Assembly: GCA_028826165.1 (NCBI GenBank) | Contig: JAPDFW010000006.1 | Span: forward strand, 35,936-99,935 | Reading direction: 5' to 3' | From: Anaeramoeba ignava BMAN | Taxonomy: Eukaryota > Protista > Anaeramoebae | Length of the DNA: 64,000 bases | Shown: positions 25,590 through 37,315 of the stretch, in pieces | How the letters are laid out: the number at the start of each line of letters is the position of its first letter | How positions within the stretch are numbered: position 1 is the stretch's first letter | Notes under the pieces: model-generated | Told to the model about the DNA's origin: nothing | What the model saw: only the letters and a program-made list of their open reading frames with translations | The model's database searches: none | Made by a program: the position numbers and the translations under genes

Positions 25590-28164
25590 ATGTGTTTATT
25601 TGGTAATTGTTGCGGTAAAAATGCAAGGGAAAAGAAAAAGAAAAAGAAAAAAAGAAAGAAGCTCTTTATATAAAACAAATTAAGAGTTCTATTCAACCAA
25701 AAACATCTAAAAAATTTGAACAACTTTTCAAAAAATCCAAATATAAAAGAATAATAATAAAATATTTTCTATCTTTCTTAAGATTATCGATTATAAATAA
25801 TTCACCAGATTGTTTTCAAATTATATTTGAAAATGTTCAAAATCAAAATAAATTTCAACCTCAATCAAAATTTGATAATAAAAATATTCTTGCATTTATT
25901 TGTAAACAAAAAAGAGTTTCTGTTTGTGAAAAATTTTTGGAAATTACAAAAAATCAAAATATCACAGACTTAATTTTTCAAAAAGATCATCAAGGGAAAT
26001 CAGCTTTATTTTATGCAATGGAATCAACAGAAATGAAAAATATTGTTAGTTATTTATTAAAGAGATTAGGAATTATGATAAATTTTCAGGAAAATGAAAA
26101 TGAAGATGAAAATCAAATTGAAAATCAAATTCAAATTGAAAATCAAAATGAAAATCAAAATCAAATTCAAATTGAAAATCAAATTGATAATCAAAATCAA
26201 AATCAAATTCAAAATGAAAATCAAATTGAAAATCAAAATCAAAATAATCAAAATCAAATTCAAATTGAAAATCAAAATAATCAAAATCAAAATCAAAATA
26301 ATCAAAATGAAAATCAAAATAATCAAAATAATCAAAATAATCAAAATCTCAAAGATTACATTTATGAAATCATAAACACTTCCATTTCTGTTAATAATAC
26401 TTTCTACTTGAAACAATTTATCAAAGAAAAATATACTTTATTAGGTTTTAATCCAAATCATTATCCTCCTCTTTATTTTGCTGCTTATCATGATTTACTT
26501 AATGAATTTATACTTCTTCGAACAAATAATACACCAGAAATTCAAGTAGGAAATACTTTAATTCCTGTTTTCCACTTTATTTGCTCAGATGGAGAGATAT
26601 TAAATTCTTTAATGAAAAATAAGAATTCTACAAAAAATATTCCTTCCAAAAAATCTGATTTAAAAATTATTGAATATCTTTATAAAGAGAACAAAGAAGT
26701 GATTAATCAAAAATTTAATTCTCAATTACCTTTGCATTTAGCAACTCAATTTGGAAGAGGAGATGTTATTAAATGGTTAATTTCTCATGAAGCTAATATA
26801 AATGATATTGATGATTATCAAAAAAAACCAAAAGATTATATCCAAGAATTTTGGAAAAATTGTGAAGATATTTCAAATTTTTCAAAAGTAAAAGCCATTT
26901 TAAACGATGAACAAGATTATGAAGAAGATGTAAATGATTTTTTAAAAGAAAGGGAAAATAGGGAGAAAGAATTATCAGAAATCATAAATGAATTACTCCA
27001 AAAAGTAATTTTCTTTTTCAAAATTCACAATAATTTCTCAATAGAAAAGAAAAAAAATTATTTTGGAAATTTATCTAATATTTTTCATCTTATTTTTAAT
27101 ATCATTTAATAGGAGAATATCAACCAATCATTAAAAAATAATCCACAATTCCAAACATTCCAAAAAATTAGAACAGTAAATTTATAATCATTTATTTTTT
27201 TCTTTTGAAAGAAAAAAACTCATTCAATTTAAAACAAAACAATTAATTTTTTTTTTTCAAAAAGGAATTTCAAGAAAAAGAAACAAATCAAAAAAATAAA
27301 TTTAATCCATTTTTGGAAGAAATTTTTTCATTCAAATCATTATTTCAAGATAGTTTATATATTCAAGAAGGAATTTTTGAAACTCAAAACCAAAAACCTC
27401 TTTGGTTAATTTGTTCAAAACCAAGAGATGATTTCGAAAATTATTTAGAAACTCTTTCTCAAGTTAATGAAATAACTGGAATATCAGAATTTGTTGTCTT
27501 TTTGTTCATTTCTTCAAATAAGAATTTAAAATCAAATGAAAATTTAGAAAATAATTCAGAAAATAATTTAGAAAATAATTTAGAAAATAATTCAGAAAAT
27601 AATTCAGAAAATAATTCAGAAAATGATTTAAATATTTGTTTAGCTTTTCGGAAAAACAAAACACTTAAATCATCTAAAACGAAAATTTTTTCAAAAAATT
27701 TCAAACAAAAAGTTTGCGAAAAATTAATAGATATTGTTGGTGAATTACATTCCAAAAATATTGTTTATGGATTTTTGAATCCTCATTCAATTTATCTTGA
27801 TTTGAAAAATTTTGGAGTTCAATTACAACCATTAATTTTTCCAAAAAACTTTATTGTTCCTGAATTTATTCGACTTAATCAAGCAGATTATAAAGCTCCA
27901 GAACTCTTAGTCCCGTTTCCTCAGATAAAAGCTTCATCAGATGTTTATTCATTAGGAAAAATATTTTTGGAACTTTTCTCTAAAATTCCACTTCCTGAAA
28001 AAATTGATACTCCTTTTATTAGAGAAGAAGTTCCTAAAAAATTTGTTGATGTTGTTTCTCAATGTTTAAAAAAAAATCCAGAAAGAGATATTATAAAAAT
28101 TAAGGAATTATTAAAAAAGAAAAAGAAAAAGAAAAAGAAAAAGAGAAATGCTTTTTTCTTTTAA
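25590..28164 (+). CDS. Ankyrin-repeat plus pseudokinase protein (exons ~25590-27004, 27113-27175, 27265-28164; start needs a 1-nt correction in an A-rich run)
   Basis: KDHQGKSALFYA and QLPLHLATQFGRGDVIKWLISHEANIN (ankyrin); LHSKNIVYGFLNPHSIYL, YKAPE, SDVYSLG (kinase C-lobe without HRD or DFG). Confidence 0.75.
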
Positions 28165-28276
28165 AAACGAAAAATTGGAATTTTAAATAAACTTAAACTG
28201 AAAAGGAAAAAAATTTTTTTTTCTTTCTTTTCTTTTCTTTTCTTTTTGGTTAAATCAAAATGTTTAAAAAAAATAA

Positions 28277-31200
28277 TCAATTTACTTTTTTTGAAGAATT
28301 TAAAATACTTTCAAACCATAATTGTTTCAATTCATCAGATTCTGCATAAATGACATAAACACGATAATCCACAGAAATTTGGAAACCATGTTTTTTCTTT
28401 GGAATATTACAGTACTCAATTTTAGCTCCACGCAAAGGAATCATTCCACAAAGATGAGTTGAAGTTTTACCTTTAAAATAATACAAAGATTCACCAGCTA
28501 AAACAAACCAACGTTTCCTCCAATTGGAAGTTATGCCTTTTCCACCCTTTTTTGTTAAGTATCCTTCTCTGACAACATTTTCTGGACGAAACTTTGTGAT
28601 GTCCATATTCTGTGTTTTTCTACGACTTGCTTTTGGTGTGATGTTTTCATTTGTATTTTCTCGATTTTCTTGCATAAGTGAGTATTTATCAACAACACTT
28701 GCTAAGTGTGCCAAATTCTGATTTATGGGTGGATTTGATTCTGTGGAGAAAAACTTGAATGTGCGTTTGAATTTCTTGAAAACTGACCACATTGCACTTT
28801 GTCGGAAAGTTTTTTCGGAAAATTTTAAACGAACAACAATTCCCTTGTTTTGAGGCTGAACGATCAACTGTAATTCTTGTGAAGATCGTGTGTAGAAGTT
28901 GAGATGAGAAAGGAATACTGAGCCTGATGTGAACAAGTCGAATGCGTTTTGTGAGAATTTGTAACAATCATGACCGCAGTCTTTGATTCCCAAAAAATCA
29001 TCGAATGGAAATTCTTCGATAACAACAACACCTCCTGAATACAAATTGCGTTCATCACTGGAGATCCATTTGGAAGCTTTTGATTCTGTGATTCCAGGAT
29101 GAGCCAAAATATCTCTGATTGTTTTCTGTATTTGAGTGATGTGAGAGAGAATTGAATCGTTTTTATTAAAGGAAAATACAAAAGGACGAGTTTGATTCAT
29201 TGCTCCAATCATATATTCAGGATGCTTGTTTTGTGGTGAATCTCTTTCGTTAATCGAAATTCCAAAATGAACAGTGGAAGACCCAGATTGTTGCATCAGA
29301 GCAAAAGCCCAAGAAAATAATATTAAATTTTGTAATGGTATTTTTTGGTTTTGAATGAAATTTAATATGAAAATGTATTTTTCTCCTTTGATTTTTGTTG
29401 TGATTTCTGATGTTGCTGTTGATTGAACAAAGGAATCTCTTTTTTCTTGCACTTGATTCTTTTCTTGTGTTTTGAGATTTACCTTTTGAAGATGATATGT
29501 TTCTTTTGGATTGATTTGATTTAGAATTTTGTTTTTGTAGAATTTTTTGGATCGTGAAAAATCCCTTTTTCTTTCATTGGAAATGTATTCTTTAAGAAGA
29601 TCTCCAGAATAGATATTTTTTGGAAAGCTTTCTTGGATCATATTTTCTGAAATAACATTCTTTTTTGCTATCAGTTTTTGCTGTGATTTGTTTTTATTGG
29701 GAATTTCAACTTTTTTTTCGCAATAATTGATAAAAAGACGTAATAATAAAATAAAGACTGACCACAAATCCATAACGACTGGAGAATAAGTTATAACAAA
29801 GCAGTGCTCACAAGAGTTGTTGAAAGAGAGAAGAACGAGATTATACAATGGAGCATTTGATATTTTCCAATCATATGAACGTTGATTGTCAAGAATATTT
29901 CCAAGATCTTCTTTTTCAATGTTTATGATTTGCATCATGAATGGAACTTCTTTGAGAATCACTTGAAGAACATCGTTATCATGATTTAGGTTGGGAATAA
30001 AATATGAGCGAAAAGCTACTTCTTGGGTCTTAAAAATTTTTTCACAAATATCAGAGAAATGGAGATGATCAAAATTTCCTGATGAAAAATAAACACAAAC
30101 TTGATTACAAAGTGGATTATCCTTTTGATTTTTTTCTGCGAATATGCAATCTTCTAAGTTTTTTCTTAAGCATCGAAGAGGTGATAAAATGTTCTCAATT
30201 TCTCCGTTTTTATCCATAATACTAACTATTTTTTCCTTAGAAATATGCTTAGCAAGATGTGATTGTTCGAATATTTCATTATATTTTTCATATTTTGATT
30301 TTTTAGAAAATTCAGCAAAGTTTTGCCAAGAAGAATTCAAAGAAATGATAAAATCTTTCATTTTTTCCACGATGATTTGAATAGTTTCCAATTTTAATTT
30401 TGAAGATTCAAAATTAACTCTAATATGAAATTGGTTATTTTTAATAAAACAAATGATCAAAATAAGATTATCTTGAGAAGCAAAATTATCAATAACTTTT
30501 GAGACAAGCTGTTTTTCATCAAGAATAGAAATATCAAGTTCAATGTTTGCAAGTTTTTGATTTGAATAAGATTGTTGAGGAATAAAATGAAAAGCAATTT
30601 GTGAATTTTTAAGAATAGAAGAAACTTCTTTTAATGAAGAAAAGGAAGAATGAGATTCTTTTTCTTTTTCTTTTTGTTTCTTTTCTTTATAATATAAAAT
30701 TTTTTCTAAAAATGGGATATTTTGTCTCAGAAGAGAAATTTGTTCTTGGATTGAAGCGAGATAATAATGGAATTGATTTTGATTTTGATTTAAATTTTCT
30801 TTTAGATTTTCTTTTAAATTTTGATTTAAATTTTCTTTTAAATTTTCTTTTAAATTTTGATTTAAATTTTCTTTTAAATTTTCTTTTAAATTTTCTTTTA
30901 AATTTTCTTTTGAATTTTCTTTTAAATTTTCAACACTCAAAAAGGTAGGAATTTCAAACTCAGTTGGACCAATTAAAGAAATAGAAGGAGATTCAAAAAC
31001 ATGAAGAAAAATTGATTTTTGTTTTGTCCATGTAGATAAAGAGTAATAAACTGCAGTTAGTGCAATATCTTCAATTCTAACTAATTTTTGAGAAATTATT
31101 TGTTTTGATTGTTGAATTGATAGAAATGAAGAGAAAGTTTTTCTTAGTTTTAATTGTGATTCTTCAATTAAATCAACTGGAATTTCCTTGATTTGTAATT

Positions 31201-34200
31201 TAATATTTTCAGCTACTTTTTTCCAAAAATCAATTAATCTTTTGGGGATTCTTGTTTCCATTTGATCCAAAATCCATTCTTGAAATTTTATTGAATCATT
31301 TTGAATTTTTGAAAAAGAATGAGATAAAAGAAGACGGTTGTAATTTGACAATAAATTATCTACAAATGAAGTAATTGAATTAGTATCTGCTATGATTTTA
31401 TGGAATAGACATATGAGAGTATCTTGATTTATGATATTTATTGTGTCCGTTTTAATATTAGTTTTCGATTTTAAATCGACGTTTTTGTGATGAAAAAGAA
31501 AGCATTTGAAACAAAACCCTTCTTTGTTCTTTTCTACAAGACTCTGTATTACATCCGGAATCATAAATTTGGATATTTCAAGTTCTTCTGGTTCAATAAT
31601 CTGGAGTAAAGGCTTTGTTTTATCTTCTTCATCTTCAGGGAAATTGATCTCGTTCAAATGATTGTTGAGTAAAGTAACTGTTAATACCTTGTTTTCGAGA
31701 AGAACAAGATTAAGCGAATCTTTGAGAACAGAAATTTGTATTGGTTGAGCAAAGGGAATTACGACAAAACGCTGGAAAAATTGGTTTTGATTTTTGGAAT
31801 TTTGAATTTTTTCCAAAATACGTTTTTGAGCGCCTGATAACAATTTTAAAGAGGCTTTTTTGTGTTGTATCCCATCAATATAAACGCATAAATCTGTGAC
31901 AACCGGATTTGTAAATATATCCGATGAAGTAGAGTTGATATTGAAGTAATTATTTATTAAAGACGAAATCATAATAGCATCCAAATGATTTCCTCCAATT
32001 GCAAAAAAATTTGAGTTAATACCAACATCTTCACACATTAAAAACTGGTTATAAATTGAGCACACAATTTCTTCTGTCTTGTTTCTCGGATGGATCGCCT
32101 CTTTCTGTTTTTGGTGATTTTGCAGAGCTTTGTGTATTTGATTCCTCATTTCGCAATGTCTTTTCTCATTTTCAATTAATTTACCAATTATGAATGAATT
32201 GAAAAAATTAGAAGAAATTAAACGGAAATTTTGAGGAATAAAATCTAAAGGCAATCTTTTTTGCAAAAATGATCGCAAATCTGAATTAGAAGGAAAATCA
32301 TCGTTTTTCACAATAGCATAAACAACAATTTTGTGAATAGAAATAAAGCCTGAAATTGAGCGACGCAAAACAACTTTTGCTTGTGCTACTTGAGGGTGTT
32401 TTTCAAGTACAAAAGCTATTGATTTCAAATTGACTTTTTGGTCATTAATAATCACTTTGCATTCCTTGTTTTCTTCTTTTTGAAGATCTAAATGTACATT
32501 TCCAGATCGCAAAATACATCCATGAAAGCCTGTATTCGCCATTCTTTTTCTGCTTTGGTTTTGTTCTTGTTTGATAAATGGATTTATTGGAAAAAGTTTG
32601 TTGATTTCTTGTTTCAAATTTTGATTTTCGGGACTGTTTTCTGGATAATGGCCTTCAGAAACACAATTTCCATAAACAAAAATAGTTCCATAAACACCAA
32701 GAGGAACTGGTTTGAGATTCTTGTCTAAAACATACAATTGAGTACCTGAAATTGGGATCCCTACTGAATGATAATCGTCAAGTTTTTCCACTTTTTGGTA
32801 CAAATCAAATGTTTTATCCTGAGAAAATTCTTGTGTTTGTTTACTTTCATGCAGAGTTGATTTCTGTTTTGGTTGTTTCAAATTTTTTTGGTTGGCATTT
32901 TCTTGCGAATTCATGGGATAATTTTTCTTGTTATGAAGAACCAAATGAGTGATGAGTGAAGTATTTTCAACACCTCCAAAACAATAAACAAGTTTTTGAG
33001 GGAATAAATTGAATTTTTGGATCGATTCCAAAACTGAGAATGATAACGGTTCACCATATATAACAACCAAATCAAGAGTGGAAATTGTTGGAACATTTTT
33101 GGATTGCTTGTTGGTTTCGTTATTAGTTATCATAGCTGATAATTCTTGCGTTAAAATGTGCTGAAACAAAAGAGTCGGCAGGATTATTGTTTTGATGTGC
33201 CGACGTTTAACAAGTTTTGCGAAAGAGTGAGTGGTTGTTAATTGCTCCTCTTCTTTGACAACAACAAAACGACCTCCATTTAAAAGTGTTCCCCAAAACT
33301 CTATCAAAGATATCTCCTTAAAAATTGGAGAGTGCAAAACAACAACGCTGCATAAATCAATTTGATTTTCCCGTAAACTAAGCGCTCTTGAAATTATATT
33401 TGAATGAGTGATGCGAATTGGATGAATTTTCCCGCAATCAGCTATACTGTGGAATACACAAGCAACACTCGAACCTTTTGTATTTGTTTTTTTCTGTTTG
33501 TGTTTTGTCCAGTTCTTTGCAACCCAGTTGTTTGTTTTTTCTGTGAAATCTGATTCAATTACTTCAACTAAAAAATCCATTTTTGGATCCTTTTTTTTAA
33601 TTTTATGGAAAATTTCTTCATTTTCTGGATCTGTTAAAACATATTTGATTTTCCTTTTCTTCAGAATATTGCCCAATAATTTACGAGGAAGCATTTCATC
33701 CAAAGGAACATATATGCAATCAGCCTTCAATATTGCTAGCAATAAGACTGGAGTTAAAAACGAGTTTTGGATTAAAATTGCAATGTGAGATTTTGGTTGA
33801 ATTCCGATTTTATCTTGGATATAAATTGAAAATGCTCTTGATTGGTTTTGGAGTTCTTGATAAGTGATTGTTTTTTCTTGCGATTTAATAGCTATTGCAT
33901 TTCCTCTTTGCTTTGCGATTCCTCTAAACAGAGAAGGAATTGAAATGGAAACGAGATTGTGGAATTTTTCAATTTTTTGATTTTGTTGATTCCATTGAAT
34001 GATAATTTGATTTTTTTCGTGTTGATTGATTTTAGGAATTGAGGTTAATGGATTTTTTATCAATGATTTATTTGAGAGATGTCCAACAATATCATTAAAA
34101 TGGGACGAAAGATTCATAATGAAATTAGGATGGAATTTGTTTGGGTTGAAGAGGATTTTGTGGAATAAGCTTGAATGGATGGTATTTTTTGGAATTTGAT

Positions 34201-35018
34201 TTCCATCCTTTAAATCTTGAACAGAAAATCCAAAAACAATATCAAATAAATCACAAATCAGAACCTTATCCCTAGATTTTGTTTTAAATAATAAAGGGAA
34301 ATCACTTATACAATTGATAATTTCTGAGCTACCAAATAAAATCAATGTTTTGATTCCTTTTTGAATTTGGTTTTGAATTTGATTTTGATTTTTATTAATT
34401 TTTGATTTTTTAAAATATTCTTGCAATTGAACCGATTGCCAAATATCATTTCCACCAATTTTTTCAACTTGCTTTGTTTGATTTTGAACACTTTGAATCA
34501 AATTTGAAAAATTATAATTGGATTTTTCAGTTGGAATTGTTGCAAAAAAGGGAAAAACTAAAATATAAACTTGATTTTCTTTTTTATCAAAAATAGCTTC
34601 TAATTGATGAGAAAAGGGTAATGTTATTGCATTTTTTGGGGAAGAAAAATGTCTAAAAAGTAAATGAACCAATGATAAAATGATATCATATGATTGAAAC
34701 TGTGGGAATTCTTCAAATAATTCATTAAGTTTATGTGAAAAGAAAGGAAAACTTCTAAATTGTTTATTGTTTTCAATTTTTTCATTCAATTCATTTTCAT
34801 TTTCATTTCCATTATAAATAATTTCACTTCCTTTAAATATTATTTCTTGAGTATTTGAAGTTTCATTTTTAAAGAATTCATCTGATTTTGATAAACTTTT
34901 TGTTGTTATTTTTTTTTAAATTTAATTTTTAAAAAAAAAATTTTTTTGAATTAAAATCAAAATTAAAATCAAATTAGAAATCAAAATTAAAAATAAAAAT
35001 AACAAACTTTTGGTTCAT
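28277..35018 (-). CDS. NRPS-derived C-A-T-E-C(DCL) protein with degenerate active sites, fused to a C-terminal PH domain
   Basis: Single 2170-aa ORF, open upstream to ~34910, with a probable mini-exon MNQK at 35018. A-domain TITYQEL..LLAILKADCIYVPLD, VGIPISGTQLYVLDKNLKPVPLGVYG; T-domain PRNKTEE..FFAIGGNHL; FHKIIAD; YSPVVMDLWS; PH domain VVREGYLTKKGG...NWRKRWFVL...YAESDELKQLW. Confidence 0.9.
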
Positions 35019-35061
35019 TTTTTATAAATTTTTAAGAAAAAAGAAAAAATGAAAAAAAATG

Positions 35062-36908
35062 GAAAAATGAAAATTAATTTAATTTAATATTTAATTTAAT
35101 TTAAATTTTAAAATTAAAAAATAAAACATTTTATAAATTAAATTTAATTTAAATTAATTTTAGAAAATAATATAAATTTATTAAAATTATTGAATAATTT
35201 TGATTATAAAAATATTTAAATATAAAAAAGTAAAATATTATTTTAAACATTAAATTAAATTTAAAATTATATTTTTAAATAATTTTTAAAATTAATTTAT
35301 TTATTAATTTTTATTCCATTTTCTTTATTTTTAATTAATTTTAATTTTAATTTTGAATAATTTTTAATAATTTTAAATAGAAAAATGAAAATTAATTTAA
35401 TTTAATATTTAATTTAATTTCAATTTTAAAATTAAAATATAAAACATTTTATAAATTAAATTTAATTTAATTCTATTTTAGAAAATAATATAAATTTATT
35501 AAAATTATTGAATAATTTTAATTATAAAAATATTTAAATTTAAAAAGTAAAATATTATTTTAAACATTAAATTAAATTTAAAATTATATTTTTAAATAAT
35601 TTTTAAAATTAATTTATTTATTAATTTTTATTCCATTTTCTTTATTTTTAAATAATTTTAATTTTAATTTTGAATAATTTTTAATAATTTTAAATAGAAA
35701 AATGAAAATTAATTTAATTTAATACTTAATTTAATTTAAATTTTAAAATTAAAATATAAAACATTTTATAAATTAAATTTAATTTAAATTAATTTTAGAA
35801 AATAATATAAATTTATTAAAATTATTGAATAATTTTGATTATAAAAATATTTAAATATAAAAAGTAAAATATTATTTTAAACATTAAATTAAATTTAAAA
35901 TTATATTTTTAAATAATTTTTAAAATTAATTTATTTATTAATTTTTATTCCATTTTCTTTATTTTTAATTAATTTTAATTTTAATTTTGAATAATTTTTA
36001 ATAATTTTAAATAGAAAAATGAAAATTAATTTAATTTAATATTTAATTTAATTTCAATTTTAAAATTAAAATATAAAACATTTTATAAATTAAATTTAAA
36101 TTTAAATTAATTTTAGAAAATAATATAAATTTATTAAAATTATTGAATAATTTTGATTATAAAAATATTTAAATTTAAAAAGTAAAATATTATTTTTAAA
36201 CATTAAATTAAATTTAAAATTATATTTTTAAATAATTTTTAAAATTAATTTATTTATTAATTTTCATTCCATTTTCTTTATTTTTAAATTAATTTTAATT
36301 TTAATTTTGAATAATTTTTAATAATTTTAAATAGAAAAATGAAAATTAATTTAATTTAATATTTAATTTAATTTCAATTTTAAAATTAAAATATAAAACA
36401 TTTTATAAATTAAATTTAATTTAATTCTATTTTAGAAAATAATATAAATTTATTAAAATTATTGAATAATTTTGATTATAAAAATATTTAAATTTAAAAA
36501 AGTAAAATATTATTTTAAACATTAAATTAAATTTAAAATTATATTTTTAAATAATTTTTAAAATTAATTTATTTATTAATTTTTATTCCATTTTCTTTAT
36601 TTTTAATTAATTTTAATTTTAATTTTGAATAATTTTTAATAATTTTAAATAGAAAAATGAAAATTAATTTAATTTAATATTTAATTTAATTTCAATTTTA
36701 AAATTAAAAATAAAACATTTTATAAATTAAATTTAAATTTAAATTAATTTTAGAAAATAATATAAATTTATTAAAATTATTGAATAATTTTGATTATAAA
36801 AATATTTAAATTTAAAAAAGTAAAATATTATTTTAAACATTAAATTAAATTTAAAATTATATTTTTAAATAATTTTTAAAATTAATTTATTTATTAATTT
36901 TTATTCCA
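35062..36908. repeat. Complex tandem array, ~318-bp unit, ~5.8 near-identical copies, almost pure A/T
   Basis: Unit start GAAAAATGAAAATTAATT recurs at 35062, 35380, 35697, 36014, 36334 and 36652. Confidence 0.92.
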
Positions 36909-37315
36909 AAAAATAAAAAGATTAAAAAAAAAAAAAAATTTTTTTTTCTTGTTTTTTCTTCTTATCTATTTATTTTATCTATTTAACCATTTATTTATTT
37001 ATTTATTCTATTATTGTATTTTTGTTTTTTGGATTAAAATCCTCTTTCTGAATAATTTCTTTTAGGAATTTTCTTTTATTTTTATTTTTATTTTTATTTT
37101 TATTTTTTATTATTTTTTTTTAATTTAAAAAAAAAAAATTTTTTTTTTAATTTAATTTTTTTCATTTTTTCTTTTTCTTTTTTTTTTTTGATTTTGTTCA
37201 TATTTTAAAAAGAAAAAAAATTTTTTTTCTATTTGCTTTGTTTTTTTTTTTCTTTCAACTTTCATTTTTTTAATTTACAAAAATAAAATCAACAAAAAAA
37301 AAAATAATAATCCAA

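Noticed and set aside
28277-34789. Active NRPS biosynthetic cluster or bacterial contaminant
   Set aside because: Catalytic motifs are eroded; no PPTase, thioesterase or tailoring genes nearby; host-type repeats, a PH domain and intron-containing neighbours show it is integrated
35062-36908. CRISPR-like array or autonomous transposon
   Set aside because: No unique spacers, no cas or transposase ORF, and a eukaryotic context
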